Shown here in pieces: positions 1 to 9,432 of a stretch of 64,000 nt of DNA. The position numbers and the translations under genes are program-made. The notes under the pieces were generated by a model. The model saw only the letters and a list, made by a program, of their open reading frames with translations, ran no database searches and was not told the DNA's origin. This stretch comes from Planctomycetota bacterium (GTDB lineage: Bacteria; Planctomycetota; MHYJ01; JACPRB01): assembly GCA_016209705.1 (NCBI GenBank), contig JACQVR010000037.1, forward strand, positions 25,080-89,079. Reading direction: 5' to 3'. Every line of letters starts with the position of its first letter. Position 1 is the first letter of the stretch.

Positions 1-189
1 CGCATCGTCCGTGCCCAGAAGATGCCGCGCCGACGGCGTCTCGAGGAGGCGGTCCGGATCCATCTGCCGCGGGTGATAGGGACTGAGGAAACCGACTGAC
101 AGCGACAGAATCGTCAAGATGGCCAGGGTCAGCAGCCCCGCCATGGCGCTCTTGTGCCGCCGCAGGGTTCGCCAGCTACGAGCGTTCAT
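1..189 (-). CDS. ABC peptide/nickel transporter permease, DppC/OppC-like (N-terminal part, runs off window)
   Basis: Minus-strand ATG at 187-189 gives MNARSWRTLRRHKSAMAGLLTLAILTILSLSVGFLSPYHPRQMDPDRLLETPSARHLLGTDDA. This is a typical DppC-type N-terminus with the HLLGTD motif. The start overlaps the stop of the upstream permease. Confidence 0.7.
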   Translation of the reverse strand, partial: MNARSWRTLRRHKSAMAGLLTLAILTILSLSVGFLSPYHPRQMDPDRLLETPSARHLLGTDDA

Positions 190-1183
190 ACCGGATCCGA
201 GGATCGATCCACACGTACAGCACGTCCACCGCCAGATTGGCCGCGATGAACGTCACGGCGATCACCAGCGAAGCGCCGCAGATCTGGACGGAATCGGTCT
301 GAAAGACGGCCTCGATGAGGTAGGTCCCCATGCCGGGCCAATCGAACACCGTCTCCGTCAGGACCGCGCCGCCCAGCAGATAGCCGAACTCCAGTCCCAG
401 GAGCGTGACCACCGGCACGAGGGCGTTGCGGAACGCGTGCTTCAGCACGACCGCCGAACCTCTCAGCCCCTTGGCCCGCGCCGTACGGATGTAGTCGCTT
501 CCCAGGACTTCCAGCATGGAGGCCCGCGCGATGCGCGCCGTCATCGCCAGCGGGATCGTGGCCAGCGCGGCCGCCGGAAGGACCAGATGCGCGAGGGCGT
601 TGCCCAGCGCGCGGGCGTTGCCGGCCAGAACGCAGTCGATCGTCAGGAATCCGGTGCGCGCGGCGATGTCGATCGTGGGATCGAGATTTCCTCCCACGGG
701 CAGCCATCCGCCGAACGCCAGGATCAAAAGCAATCCCAGCCAGAACACGGGAATGGACACTCCCAGCAGCGAGACGGTCATCGAAAGGTAATCCACCCAG
801 GTGCTCTTGTAGACCGCCGAGAGCAGGCCCGACGGAAGGCCCAGGAGGATGGCCAGGAACATCGCCGCGACCGTCAGTTCGACGGTGGGCGGGAAGCGCC
901 GCTGGATCCGCTCGGTGACCTTCACGCCGCGCTGGATGTACGACTCGCCGAAATCGCCGCGGGTGAGGATGCCGCGGAGGTAGATGCCGTACTGGACGAG
1001 GAGCGGCCGGTCCAGGCCCAGCTCGCGCGTCACCCGTTCCCGCGCTTCGGGAGTTCCTTTTTCACCCAGAATGGCGTCGACGGGATCCCGCCCGCCCGCC
1101 CGTGAAAGGACGAATACGCCGAACGACACGATGAACAGGAGAGGAACGGCGGCCAGCAACCGGCGGGCGACGTAAGAAATCAC
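176..1183 (-). CDS. ABC peptide transporter permease, DppB/OppB-like
   Basis: 335-aa ORF with an N-terminal TM (LLAAVPLLFIVSFGVFVL), an LGLDRPLLVQY motif and multiple TM segments typical of binding-protein-dependent permeases. Confidence 0.85.
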   Translation of the reverse strand: MISYVARRLLAAVPLLFIVSFGVFVLSRAGGRDPVDAILGEKGTPEARERVTRELGLDRPLLVQYGIYLRGILTRGDFGESYIQRGVKVTERIQRRFPPTVELTVAAMFLAILLGLPSGLLSAVYKSTWVDYLSMTVSLLGVSIPVFWLGLLLILAFGGWLPVGGNLDPTIDIAARTGFLTIDCVLAGNARALGNALAHLVLPAAALATIPLAMTARIARASMLEVLGSDYIRTARAKGLRGSAVVLKHAFRNALVPVVTLLGLEFGYLLGGAVLTETVFDWPGMGTYLIEAVFQTDSVQICGASLVIAVTFIAANLAVDVLYVWIDPRIRYERS

Positions 1184-1185
1184 GG

Positions 1186-1258
1186 AGTCAGCAGGAAGTT
1201 TGAAGTAAGTAGTTTGAAGTAGGTAGTCTGAAGCAGGAACACCAAACTTCGAACTTTC
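1186..1258. repeat. Stuttered intergenic hairpin (GAAGT(T)TGAAGT units)
   Basis: gaagtttgaagtaagtagtttgaagtaggtagtctgaagcagg is followed by the imperfect complement aaacttcgaactttc. It fills the gap between the SBP stop and the permease start. Confidence 0.6.
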
Positions 1259-2801
1259 ACTGCACCCTCTTGATCTTCCACAGCCGATATTCGATGGGAT
1301 GGTGATTGTACGTCACCTTTTTCGACACCGCCGCCATCTGGCGGACGTGAACCAAGGGCACGACCGGAACTTCCGCATGAAGGATGGCCAGCGCCTCGTC
1401 GTAAAGCTTCTTGCGCTTCGAGGCGTCCAAGGTCATCTGCGCGGTCTTGACCCGTTCGTTGAACTCCGGATGGTTGAAGAACGAATGATTGGTGCCGCTC
1501 GGGTGGTCGGGATCGCCGATGGAATCCCCGTGCAGCAGCGCGTAGAGGAAATTGTCTGGATCGGCGATGTCCGCGTTCCAGCCGAGGAGGAACATGGGGT
1601 GATCGAGGTCCTGGAGCTTCTTCGTGTAGATGTCGACGTTGAATCCTTCCAGCTTGAGCGGAAGCCCGATGCGCGACAGGTCGTCCTGGATCACCTGCGC
1701 CAGCTTGTCGGGCTCCGGCACGTAGGGGCGCGGATAGGTCATATGCCACAATGTCGCGACGAATCCTTCGGGGAGTTCGACCTTGGCCAGACATTCCTTG
1801 GCCTTTTCGAGGTTGTGGTCCAGGGAAGGAAGGCTGGAAGGCGGCTGAAAAAGGACGGGAGGCACGATCGTCTTCGCGGCTTCCGCGCGGTTGTGGTAGG
1901 CGATCTCCACGATCTTCTTCCGGTCGAGCGCCAGCGCGACGGCTTTGCGGAAGTTGGGATCGCTGTACGGCGGCTTCCTCATGTTGAAGCCGAGATAACA
2001 GACGGTCATCGGACTCTCGTACTCCATGTACAGGTCCGGGTCTTCCTCGATCGCGGGAATGTCCGCCAGTGTCACGTGATCCACGACGTGCACCGAGCCG
2101 GTCTTGAGCTTCTGGATCGCGGTCTGCGGGTCCTTGACGTCGAGGACGATCAGTCGATCCATGTCGGCTTTCGGGCCCCAATACGCGGGATTCCTTTCGA
2201 GCGTGATTTTCACGTTGTGATCCCACAGCGCGAATCGCATGGGACCGGTCCCGCACGGATGGCGTCCGAACTGATCGCCGTGTTTTATCACGGCGGAGGG
2301 ACTGACGATTTCCGCCGGAAACATGGCGAGATTCATCAGGAAGACGGCGCTGGGCGCTTTCAGTTTGAAAACGACGGCATGCGATCCGCGCGGCTCCACC
2401 GTCTCGATGACCTCGTACTGGGGTCCATAGGGAATGGTCTTGGGGGCGTGGGGGCTTCGTCCCAGAAGCCGATCGAAGGTGAAGACCACCGCCTCCGCGT
2501 CGAACGGGGCGCCGTCGTGGAACGTGACGCCGCGGCGGAGATGGAACGTCCACGTCTTGCCGTCCTCCGACGCCTCCCATTTCTCGGCGAGTCTCGGCGC
2601 GAGTTCGACGCCGTCGTCGGCAAAGCTGACGAGGCATTCGTAGATGTTGACGAGGATCTTGGCCGACCCGCCCCAGGACGTGGCCTGGGGGTCGAGGCTG
2701 TCGGTCTGGTCCCCGCGCGCGTACAAGAGGGTGAACCCGGCCTCGGGCTTGGAGCATCCGAGGGCGAGAAGCGACGCGGTCGCGCAGAGGAGGCCCCTCA
2801 T
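1257..2801 (-). CDS. ABC transporter substrate-binding lipoprotein, family 5 (DppA/OppA-like)
   Basis: Internal start MRGLLCATASLLALGCSK (lipobox LALGC), then LDPQ...NIYECLV...LAEKWEASEDGKTWTFHLRRGVTFHDG, typical of SBP family 5. The longer 795-aa ORF extension overlaps the upstream gene and is not credible. Confidence 0.85.
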   Translation of the reverse strand: MRGLLCATASLLALGCSKPEAGFTLLYARGDQTDSLDPQATSWGGSAKILVNIYECLVSFADDGVELAPRLAEKWEASEDGKTWTFHLRRGVTFHDGAPFDAEAVVFTFDRLLGRSPHAPKTIPYGPQYEVIETVEPRGSHAVVFKLKAPSAVFLMNLAMFPAEIVSPSAVIKHGDQFGRHPCGTGPMRFALWDHNVKITLERNPAYWGPKADMDRLIVLDVKDPQTAIQKLKTGSVHVVDHVTLADIPAIEEDPDLYMEYESPMTVCYLGFNMRKPPYSDPNFRKAVALALDRKKIVEIAYHNRAEAAKTIVPPVLFQPPSSLPSLDHNLEKAKECLAKVELPEGFVATLWHMTYPRPYVPEPDKLAQVIQDDLSRIGLPLKLEGFNVDIYTKKLQDLDHPMFLLGWNADIADPDNFLYALLHGDSIGDPDHPSGTNHSFFNHPEFNERVKTAQMTLDASKRKKLYDEALAILHAEVPVVPLVHVRQMAAVSKKVTYNHHPIEYRLWKIKRVQ

Positions 2802-3601
2802 TTGGACGCCTCCAGGACCTTCGCCGACAGCTCCGCGCTGTAGGTCCCTTCCGCCAGGTACGTGGGATCTTCGCCGCCCGTGTACTTCGCGCTTCCGGCC
2901 ACGTTCAAGGAAAGGACGGTGCCGCGGTCGATCCGGACGATCCAGTCGCCTCTGAGCTTCATCTCCACATCGGGCTGTTTGTCGCCGCCCTTCTTGCGAA
3001 GATCGTACCGGGTCGCGATCACCGCGCAGCGGTGCCCGTCGATCAATTTGATCTCCTTGAACGTCAAGTGGACGGCGCCGTCGAAGGGCTCGCCGTGCAT
3101 GGCCGCCTTGAGCGCGTCGCCGGAAATGGTCCAGGTGTGCCCGACCCTGACCGGCCCGTCGGGGAAGAAGAGCGCATGGGGACTGTCCAGGTGCATTCGG
3201 TTCCTGCTTTCGGGCGGCAGGGAAGCGGTTCCTTCCGTGTCCATCTTTCCGTCCCGCAGGACCAGCGTCAGCTTTTTCCCGTGCAGGGCGCCTTCCTTGC
3301 GGTGATACTGCCCGGTCATCGGATCCTTCCATACGGCGACATCTTCGGATACTTCGACGACCTTGCGCAGGATCCGGCGGCCTTCGACGCGCTCGATCTT
3401 CTCCTTGCGGGCATCGACGGTACGGTGCACGATCTCGTACTCCGTCGCTTTGGATGAGGCTTTGAGATTGAGGGCCGTTTTTTCCGTGATTTCCAGGACG
3501 TCGCCCTCGCGGGGCTGGAAGCGGAGCGTGATCGCTTCTTGCGAGAAGGACAGCGACATCATCGCGGCGATGAAGAGTGCCATCGAAGGCTCCCAGGTCA
3601 T
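2798..3601 (-). CDS. Hypothetical secreted protein
   Basis: 267-aa ORF with a signal-like N-terminus (MALFIAAMMSLSFSQEA). ATGA overlap with the downstream SBP start. No family recognised. Confidence 0.55.
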   Translation of the reverse strand: MTWEPSMALFIAAMMSLSFSQEAITLRFQPREGDVLEITEKTALNLKASSKATEYEIVHRTVDARKEKIERVEGRRILRKVVEVSEDVAVWKDPMTGQYHRKEGALHGKKLTLVLRDGKMDTEGTASLPPESRNRMHLDSPHALFFPDGPVRVGHTWTISGDALKAAMHGEPFDGAVHLTFKEIKLIDGHRCAVIATRYDLRKKGGDKQPDVEMKLRGDWIVRIDRGTVLSLNVAGSAKYTGGEDPTYLAEGTYSAELSAKVLEASK

Positions 3602-3626
3602 TCGACCGTTGCTTTATCTCTTGGGC

Positions 3627-3700
3627 GAACCGCCAGGACGCCAAAGCGCCATCGGAAGTTCTGCCCGAAATCTCTTGGTGGTTTGGCGCTTTGGCGGTTC
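3627..3700. repeat. CCAAAGCGCC-family hairpin element
   Basis: The left arm gaaccgccaggacgccaaagcgccatcgg pairs with the right arm ggtggtttggcgctttggcggttc. Related copies lie at 9637-9709 (inverted) and 21547-21607. Confidence 0.7.
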
Positions 3701-3784
3701 AAGCCTTGTTATGGCGGCCGTCATCATCTTAGACCCGCCGGCGAACCCTGAGAAGCAATTCAGTTCCGCGACCTGGGTGTCTCC

Positions 3785-3812
3785 CATCGGACATCGGATA
3801 TCAGACATCGGA
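3785..3812. repeat. CATCGGA-stutter repeat
   Basis: The sequence catcggacatcggatatcagacatcgga sits directly downstream of the ktrA-like stop. Confidence 0.6.
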
Positions 3813-3814
3813 TT

Positions 3815-4474
3815 TCACCCATGGACGAGGCGCTCGATGTTCTTGTCCTCTCCGGCGATGGCCAGGACATCTCCTTCTTCCAGCAGCTCCTCGGGAGCCG
3901 GAACGGCGTTGACGATTTCCTTGCCGTTCTCGCTCTTGCGCTTGATGGCGATCAGGTTGACGCCGTAGCGCCGCCGCAGGTCCACGTCCGCGATCGACCT
4001 TCCGCGCAGATCCGCGGGGACATCGATTTCGGCGATGCTGAACCCGTCGATCAGCTCGAAGTACACCCGGAGGCTGGGAAAGACGAGACGCTGATAGACG
4101 CGCTCCGCCGCCTCATCCTCCGGCAGCACCACTTCCGTGGCTCCGGACGCGCGCAGGATTCGCTCGTGGATCGGGCTGGTCGCGCGCGCGACGATGCGCG
4201 GGATGCCGAACTGCCTGGCCAGCACCACCGCCAGGACGTTGGCTTCGAAATTCTGCCCGATCGCCGCCACGAACACGTCCACCTTGTCGATCCCCTGAGC
4301 GCGCAGGTCCCGCTCGTCCGTCGCGTCCAGGCAGACCGCCAGGCCGACGTCGTTCTTGAGATCCTCGACGATTTCCGGCCGATGGTCCACGGCGATCACT
4401 TCTTTTCCCGAGCGATGCAACCGCCGCGCCACGGCGGTTCCGAACGACCCCAATCCGATGACCGCGTATTTCAC
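3815..4474 (-). CDS. ktrA: K+ uptake regulatory subunit, TrkA/KtrA family (RCK N+C domains)
   Basis: MKYAVIGLGSFGTAVARRL is a Rossmann GxGxxG motif. A C-terminal TrkA_C-like segment follows (DLRGRSIADVDLRRRYGVNLIAIKR). Confidence 0.85.
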   Translation of the reverse strand: MKYAVIGLGSFGTAVARRLHRSGKEVIAVDHRPEIVEDLKNDVGLAVCLDATDERDLRAQGIDKVDVFVAAIGQNFEANVLAVVLARQFGIPRIVARATSPIHERILRASGATEVVLPEDEAAERVYQRLVFPSLRVYFELIDGFSIAEIDVPADLRGRSIADVDLRRRYGVNLIAIKRKSENGKEIVNAVPAPEELLEEGDVLAIAGEDKNIERLVHG

Positions 4475-4481
4475 GGGAGCC

Positions 4482-6191
4482 TCATGAGACGATGACGCCT
4501 TCCGACGGATAGCGGTAGTCGCCCGAGGGCGCGCGTCCCGCGATGCTCATCAGCACCACCAAGGGGCCGACGCGGCCGACGTACATGGCCGCGATGAGGA
4601 CCAGGCGCCCCATCCCGCCGATCTCCATCGTGGCGCCCGTCGACAACCCCACTGTGCTCAACGCCGAGACGGTTTCGAACACCAACCGCCGGTACGGAAG
4701 AGTGGGATGGAGGATGGATAAAATCAAGGAAAAGGAGAAGGCCGCCATCCCGTACAGCAGACTGATCGAGACGGCGGCGTTCACGAACAGTCGGGGAACG
4801 GATCGCCGGAAGATCTCCACCTCCTGGCGATTCCGGAGCATCGCCCACAGCGTCGCCATCAGGATGGCCAGCGTGACCGTCTTGATTCCCCCTCCGGTGG
4901 AAGCGGGAGAGGCGCCCACCACCATGAGGCCCATGACCACCACCTGCGTGGCGGGGTTGGCGTTCTCGAGGTCGACCGCCGAGAAGCCCGACGTGCGGGC
5001 GACGCCCGATTGAAAAAAGGCCAGAAGCACCTGCTTGCCGAATCCCCGGCTTTCCAACAGATGGTTGCGCTCCAGAAGCAGGAACGCCGCCGCCCCCATC
5101 AGCAGGAGCAAAGCGCTCGTGGTCAGCACGATCTTGGAATGAACTGAAAAGCGGGGCCGCGGCGGAAGCGTGCCGCTTAGCAGTCCTCCGGGGCTCCGCG
5201 TGCGCGCGCTCGCGACGCTCCAGAGATTCAGCAAGGTGGGAAACCCGAGCCCGCCAATCACCATGAGCGTCAATATCGTCAGCAGGATCCCCGTCGAATC
5301 GGGCGTCATCGCCCACCCGGAGAAACCCGCGTTGCAGAACGCGGAGACGGAATGGAAGACGGCCCACCAGAGACGATTCGGTTCTTCGGGCGTCAACCAC
5401 CACAAGAAGACCGCGCCCACTCCTTCCGCCAGGAACGTGACCAGCATGACCGCGCCCAGCAGCCGTCCGACTTCGCCGATCACTTCGGCGCTGAGCATGT
5501 CGCGCAGCAGCAGCGAATGGCGCAAGTGGAGAGAGCGTTGCTGAAGCAGCCCGAAGAAGGACGTGTAGGTCACGATGCCCAAGCCGCCGAGCTGAAACAG
5601 AACGAGGATGATCCACTGTCCCAGCGAGCTGAAGTCGCCCGCCGTGTCACGCACCGTCAGACCCGTGACGCACGCGGCGCTCGTCGCCGTGAACAGCGCC
5701 TCCAGGATGCCGATGGGAGCCTCCGGGCGAGCCGACGCGCGAGGCATCATGAGCGCCAAGGTGCCTCCCAAAATGAGCAGCGCGAAGCTGCCCAGGACGA
5801 CCGCCGCCGGACGGATCGACATGGCCGCCAGACGCGCGTTGAACCTAACGGCCTCCAGGATCAACACGGCCGCCACGTAGCTTTGCACCAGGACGACGAA
5901 GGCCGCGCCCAAGGGTGGGACCAACAGCAGCAGAACGATAAACAAAAGGAGGAGCGCGAAGTCGAACCAATAATCCCGCAGGTGGGCCAGCGGAGCCCGC
6001 GCCGCGGCCAGACGCAGGGTCCGATCCAGGATGAACGCGGCCACGACCGCGATTTGGACGAGGTGCAGAACGTGCCGTCCGGCGTCTTCGACGACGAACC
6101 CGTATTCCAGGGCCAGCGCCGTCAACCCCAGGCCGGAGGCAGCCATGAGGATCCGGCCGCTCCAGATTCTGAGTCGATCACGCCACGTCAT
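4482..6191 (-). CDS. K+ transporter membrane subunit, TrkH/KtrB family
   Basis: 569-aa polytopic protein with repeated pore-loop-like motifs (TGLT, GGLGIVT, GGLGFPT, GGGIKT). It lies next to the ktrA-like gene. Confidence 0.85.
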   Translation of the reverse strand: MTWRDRLRIWSGRILMAASGLGLTALALEYGFVVEDAGRHVLHLVQIAVVAAFILDRTLRLAAARAPLAHLRDYWFDFALLLLFIVLLLLVPPLGAAFVVLVQSYVAAVLILEAVRFNARLAAMSIRPAAVVLGSFALLILGGTLALMMPRASARPEAPIGILEALFTATSAACVTGLTVRDTAGDFSSLGQWIILVLFQLGGLGIVTYTSFFGLLQQRSLHLRHSLLLRDMLSAEVIGEVGRLLGAVMLVTFLAEGVGAVFLWWLTPEEPNRLWWAVFHSVSAFCNAGFSGWAMTPDSTGILLTILTLMVIGGLGFPTLLNLWSVASARTRSPGGLLSGTLPPRPRFSVHSKIVLTTSALLLLMGAAAFLLLERNHLLESRGFGKQVLLAFFQSGVARTSGFSAVDLENANPATQVVVMGLMVVGASPASTGGGIKTVTLAILMATLWAMLRNRQEVEIFRRSVPRLFVNAAVSISLLYGMAAFSFSLILSILHPTLPYRRLVFETVSALSTVGLSTGATMEIGGMGRLVLIAAMYVGRVGPLVVLMSIAGRAPSGDYRYPSEGVIVS

Positions 6192-6198
6192 AGCGAAA

Positions 6199-6220
6199 GA
6201 AGTCAGAAGTCAGAAGCCGG
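6199..6220. repeat. CAGAAGCC-family stutter repeat
   Basis: The sequence gaagtcagaagtcagaagccgg lies between the TPR gene stop and the TrkH-like start. Confidence 0.55.
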
Positions 6221-6244
6221 GGAAGGGAGCCGCGTTCATGAAGG

Positions 6245-7780
6245 TTACTTTTGCTCCAGTTCCTTGCGGCAGGCTTCGAGCAGGCGATGGATCTCGGGGT
6301 CTTGAGGAGCCAGCATCTGAGCTTGAGCCAGCGCGGCGTGTTCCCCATAATGGTCGTACCGCACGTGGAGCGCGCGGGCGAGCGCGACGCGCACGCCGGC
6401 GCTCTGAGGAAATCGCTCGACGGCCAGCTCCGCCAAGCGCAGCGCCTCGGCATGCCGTCCCTGCTCCAGCAGCGTCATGACGCCGTGGCGTTGGGCATCC
6501 GGCGCTTCGGGAAGTTCGAGGTACTCCGCCAGCGCCTCCTCCAGGCGGCCGGAACCGCGCAAGTGATCGGCCAGCGCCATGCGGGCGGGGATCCGGTCCG
6601 GATCCGCTCGGATCGCTTCGCGCCACGACGCGATCGCCCCCTCCGAATCGCCCGCCGCCGCGCGCAGTTCGGCGCGCAACGACAGAGCATCATAATCTCC
6701 TTGATTCAGCCGGCACACGTCCTCGCAATCTTCCAGTGCGCCCTTCGGGTCGCCCCGCCCGCGGCGGATCATGGCGCGCAGGAGCCGCGCCGACGAGTCG
6801 AATTTCAGCAAAGCCGTCGCGTCTTCCAGGGCCGCGTCCAGCCGGCCGGCCGCGTACGCCGCCCAGCCGCGGAGGAGCCGGTACCGCGGGTCGGTCGCGG
6901 CGATCGAATCCAGGACATCCGCCGCCTTGCCGAATTCTCCGCCCGCCCGCAGCGTGACGGCCTTCCAGGCGACCGCCTCGGCCTCGCGGGGGGCCGCGGC
7001 GATCCATCGATCGCACGTCCGCCGCGCCTCCGGGAATCGACCGGCCAGGATTTGCGCCATCGTCAGGGCGCGCAGGCACAGCGGATGGGATGCGGCGGCC
7101 GCCAGATTGAGCCACGGCCGCGCGTCTTCGAAGCGACCTTGCCGCATCGCATGGACGCCCAGCGCCAGCGCCATTCGGTCCTCCAACGCCTCGCGGCTGG
7201 CCGGCCCCAAGGCTTCCGCGACGGCTTCCGCGACGGCGTCGGCCGTTATCAAAGCCAGCAACCGCCCGACGCGGGCCGCCCGCCCGTGCAACGGGTCGAG
7301 ACGGAGATTTTCAGGAGAAACCGTAGGAATCTTCGCAGATCCGGCGAGTGAGGTAGCGTCCAGGCGAGGCACGGGAAGAGCGGCCGCTGCCCATTTCTCC
7401 GCCTCCAGGAGAAGGCGGGCCACGTGCGCCTCGTCCCTTCGGGAGTCGAGGGCCAGCGCCCGGCGCACCTCTTCCTCCTCACGGCTTGGATCGCCCCGCG
7501 CGCGGTGGGCTTGGGCGCGAAGCAGACAAGCCTCGACCAGCGGCCTCCCGAAGACCTTCTCCGCTTGCGCCGCCTGTTGCAGCTTGCGCTCCGGCGGCAA
7601 CCCGAAGGCGCCGTCCAGGATCCTCATGGCGGTTTCCCGGGGATCAGGCGGCGGTTCCAACGGAGGCCGCGCTTCTCCAAGGCCGTACATGGCCAGTACG
7701 AGGCCTCCCATGACCGCGGCCGCCGCGACGGGCGCCGCCACGGCGCAGACCAGAACCGCCCTTCGCGATCGCTTGCTCAT
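6245..7780 (-). CDS. TPR repeat protein with N-terminal membrane anchor
   Basis: 511 aa. N-terminal hydrophobic helix (VLVCAVAAPVAAAAVMGGLVLAM) followed by Ala/Leu/Arg-rich helical repeats. Confidence 0.7.
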   Translation of the reverse strand: MSKRSRRAVLVCAVAAPVAAAAVMGGLVLAMYGLGEARPPLEPPPDPRETAMRILDGAFGLPPERKLQQAAQAEKVFGRPLVEACLLRAQAHRARGDPSREEEEVRRALALDSRRDEAHVARLLLEAEKWAAAALPVPRLDATSLAGSAKIPTVSPENLRLDPLHGRAARVGRLLALITADAVAEAVAEALGPASREALEDRMALALGVHAMRQGRFEDARPWLNLAAAASHPLCLRALTMAQILAGRFPEARRTCDRWIAAAPREAEAVAWKAVTLRAGGEFGKAADVLDSIAATDPRYRLLRGWAAYAAGRLDAALEDATALLKFDSSARLLRAMIRRGRGDPKGALEDCEDVCRLNQGDYDALSLRAELRAAAGDSEGAIASWREAIRADPDRIPARMALADHLRGSGRLEEALAEYLELPEAPDAQRHGVMTLLEQGRHAEALRLAELAVERFPQSAGVRVALARALHVRYDHYGEHAALAQAQMLAPQDPEIHRLLEACRKELEQK

Positions 7781-7851
7781 GGCCCCGAAATTATACCACG
7801 GTTACGAAAAGTAGAAGCTCCCGCCCCTTGAGGCGACGTGTTTCCGCACCC

Positions 7852-7935
7852 GGGCGGGCGGAGCGCGAAGGAGGAGACCCCGCCCGCCCACTGGAATTCT
7901 TGCTCGACGACGTCCGGCCGTCGAGCAAGAATTCC
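7852..7935 (-). terminator. Twin GC-rich hairpins downstream of the FG-GAP gene
   Basis: gggcgggcgg (7852-7861) pairs with ccgcccgccc (7880-7889). A perfect 17-bp palindrome follows: ggaattcttgctcgacg (7893-7909) with cgtcgagcaagaattcc (7919-7935). There is no U-tract. Confidence 0.45.
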
Positions 7936-7949
7936 ATGAGCGAGCGCCG

Positions 7950-9431
7950 TCAAGGCGCGAGCGACAGTTTGATCTCGATCACATCCTTCCGCTGCTCGAC
8001 GAGTTCATACTTCAGGACCAGGTCGCTCCGGCCGTCGCCGTTGAGGTCGGCCGCGGTCGTCTTGATCGAGGAAGCGCCGGGCGGAGGATCGAGCCGAATC
8101 CTCCCGCCGGCCGTCTCGGAAATCAGGCGCGTGTTGTTTCCGAAGTGAACGACCAGCGTTCGCTCGTCCTCTTGTACCAGGAGATCCTTCAGGCCGTCGC
8201 CGTCAAAATCCGCGTCGAACCGGGGCCAGAACGCCAGATCGATTTCCGACGACTCGCGCGTGACGTGGAATGTGAAAGGGACGCTGAACTTCAGGATTTG
8301 AACGGGGTCCTTGACGTACCCGGCGCCTTGCAGCCGATACAGGTGAAGTTCCAGATCGATCTTCTTGGACAGGAAGGCGTCGATGCCGGAGAGGATTCCG
8401 GGTTTGGGCACGACGCCCATCACGATTTCGAGCTTCCCGTCCCCGTTCAGGTCCTCGACATAGACCCCGGTGGTGAGACTGTCGCCGGGCTGCATCTTCT
8501 GGTCGGGAGCGGTGAAATCCACGCGGCCCGAGCGGTTGAAGTAGATGTGGACCCGTCCCTTGGACGGAAAGGGCAAGGCGATGTCCAGCGCCCCGTCGTT
8601 GTTCAGGTCGGCGATCCGGGGCGGCGCTTCGAATTTCAAATACGTGTTCCGTCGTTTGGGCCGCTCGCCCGTCAGGCTCCGGGGGCCGGACGCTTCGAAC
8701 TTCCCCTCCTCACCTTGGGTGAACAGCACGATCGTTTGTTCGTAATAGCTGATCATGTCGGTGCGCCCGTCATTGTTGGCGTCCCCCCAGATCAGCAACG
8801 GGACCTTGGTGACGTGCGTGGTTTTCCGGTGCGCACCCGTCCTCACGCGCAATTCTCCCTCCGACTCCAGAGGCAGCTTCTGCGCGAGCCGGAAGAAAGG
8901 CTTTCCGCGGTCATCCTTTGATTGAGGAAAGAGCCAGAGTTCATCCTTTCCGAACAGCAGGATGTCGGAAAGTCCGTCGCCGTTCAGGTCCCGCATGAAG
9001 TCCAGGTGCAGCGGCGCCACGCCCGCTTCGGCTTCTCCCCGGAACAGGTTCGGGCAGATGACCAGGTCCTCCGGCGGCGAGCCGCGGCGATGGCGCCGCA
9101 CGCCCGCCGTGGAAGAAGTGACGAGGTGCAGGCCGCCTTCATCCGCGAAGCGGCCCAGGCACCAGAGATAGACGTCCGGCGCGAAGGGAATGACGAAGTC
9201 GGGATCGGGAGAGAAGCCGCGCTCCGGCCGATTCAAGAAAACCTTCACCTCGCGTCCCGCGCTCAGGAGCAGATCGATCCGGCCGTCCTCGTCCAGGTCG
9301 CGCGCATGGAGGGAATCGGCGCGGTCCGCGCGCAGTCGCAGCGTCTTGAAGGAAAGCTCCGGCTGGGCCCATAAGGCGGCCCGCCCGCTCAGGAGCAAGA
9401 GGATGCCTGCGTGGAGCGCGCGCTTCGTCAT
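7950..9431 (-). CDS. FG-GAP/VCBS repeat secreted protein
   Basis: Signal peptide plus repeated Ca-binding-like motifs DLDEDGRIDLL, DLNGDGLSDILL, DANNDGRTDM, DLNNDGALDI, DLNGDGKLEIV, DFDGDGLKDLLV and DLNGDGRSDLV. Confidence 0.75.
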   Translation of the reverse strand: MTKRALHAGILLLLSGRAALWAQPELSFKTLRLRADRADSLHARDLDEDGRIDLLLSAGREVKVFLNRPERGFSPDPDFVIPFAPDVYLWCLGRFADEGGLHLVTSSTAGVRRHRRGSPPEDLVICPNLFRGEAEAGVAPLHLDFMRDLNGDGLSDILLFGKDELWLFPQSKDDRGKPFFRLAQKLPLESEGELRVRTGAHRKTTHVTKVPLLIWGDANNDGRTDMISYYEQTIVLFTQGEEGKFEASGPRSLTGERPKRRNTYLKFEAPPRIADLNNDGALDIALPFPSKGRVHIYFNRSGRVDFTAPDQKMQPGDSLTTGVYVEDLNGDGKLEIVMGVVPKPGILSGIDAFLSKKIDLELHLYRLQGAGYVKDPVQILKFSVPFTFHVTRESSEIDLAFWPRFDADFDGDGLKDLLVQEDERTLVVHFGNNTRLISETAGGRIRLDPPPGASSIKTTAADLNGDGRSDLVLKYELVEQRKDVIEIKLSLAP

Positions 9432-9432
9432 G

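Noticed and set aside
1257-3644. The 795-aa ORF as a long form of the substrate-binding protein.
   Set aside because: The N-terminal 280 aa are Arg-rich nonsense overlapping the separately supported 2798-3601 gene in another frame. A lipoprotein signal peptide begins at the internal Met (2801).
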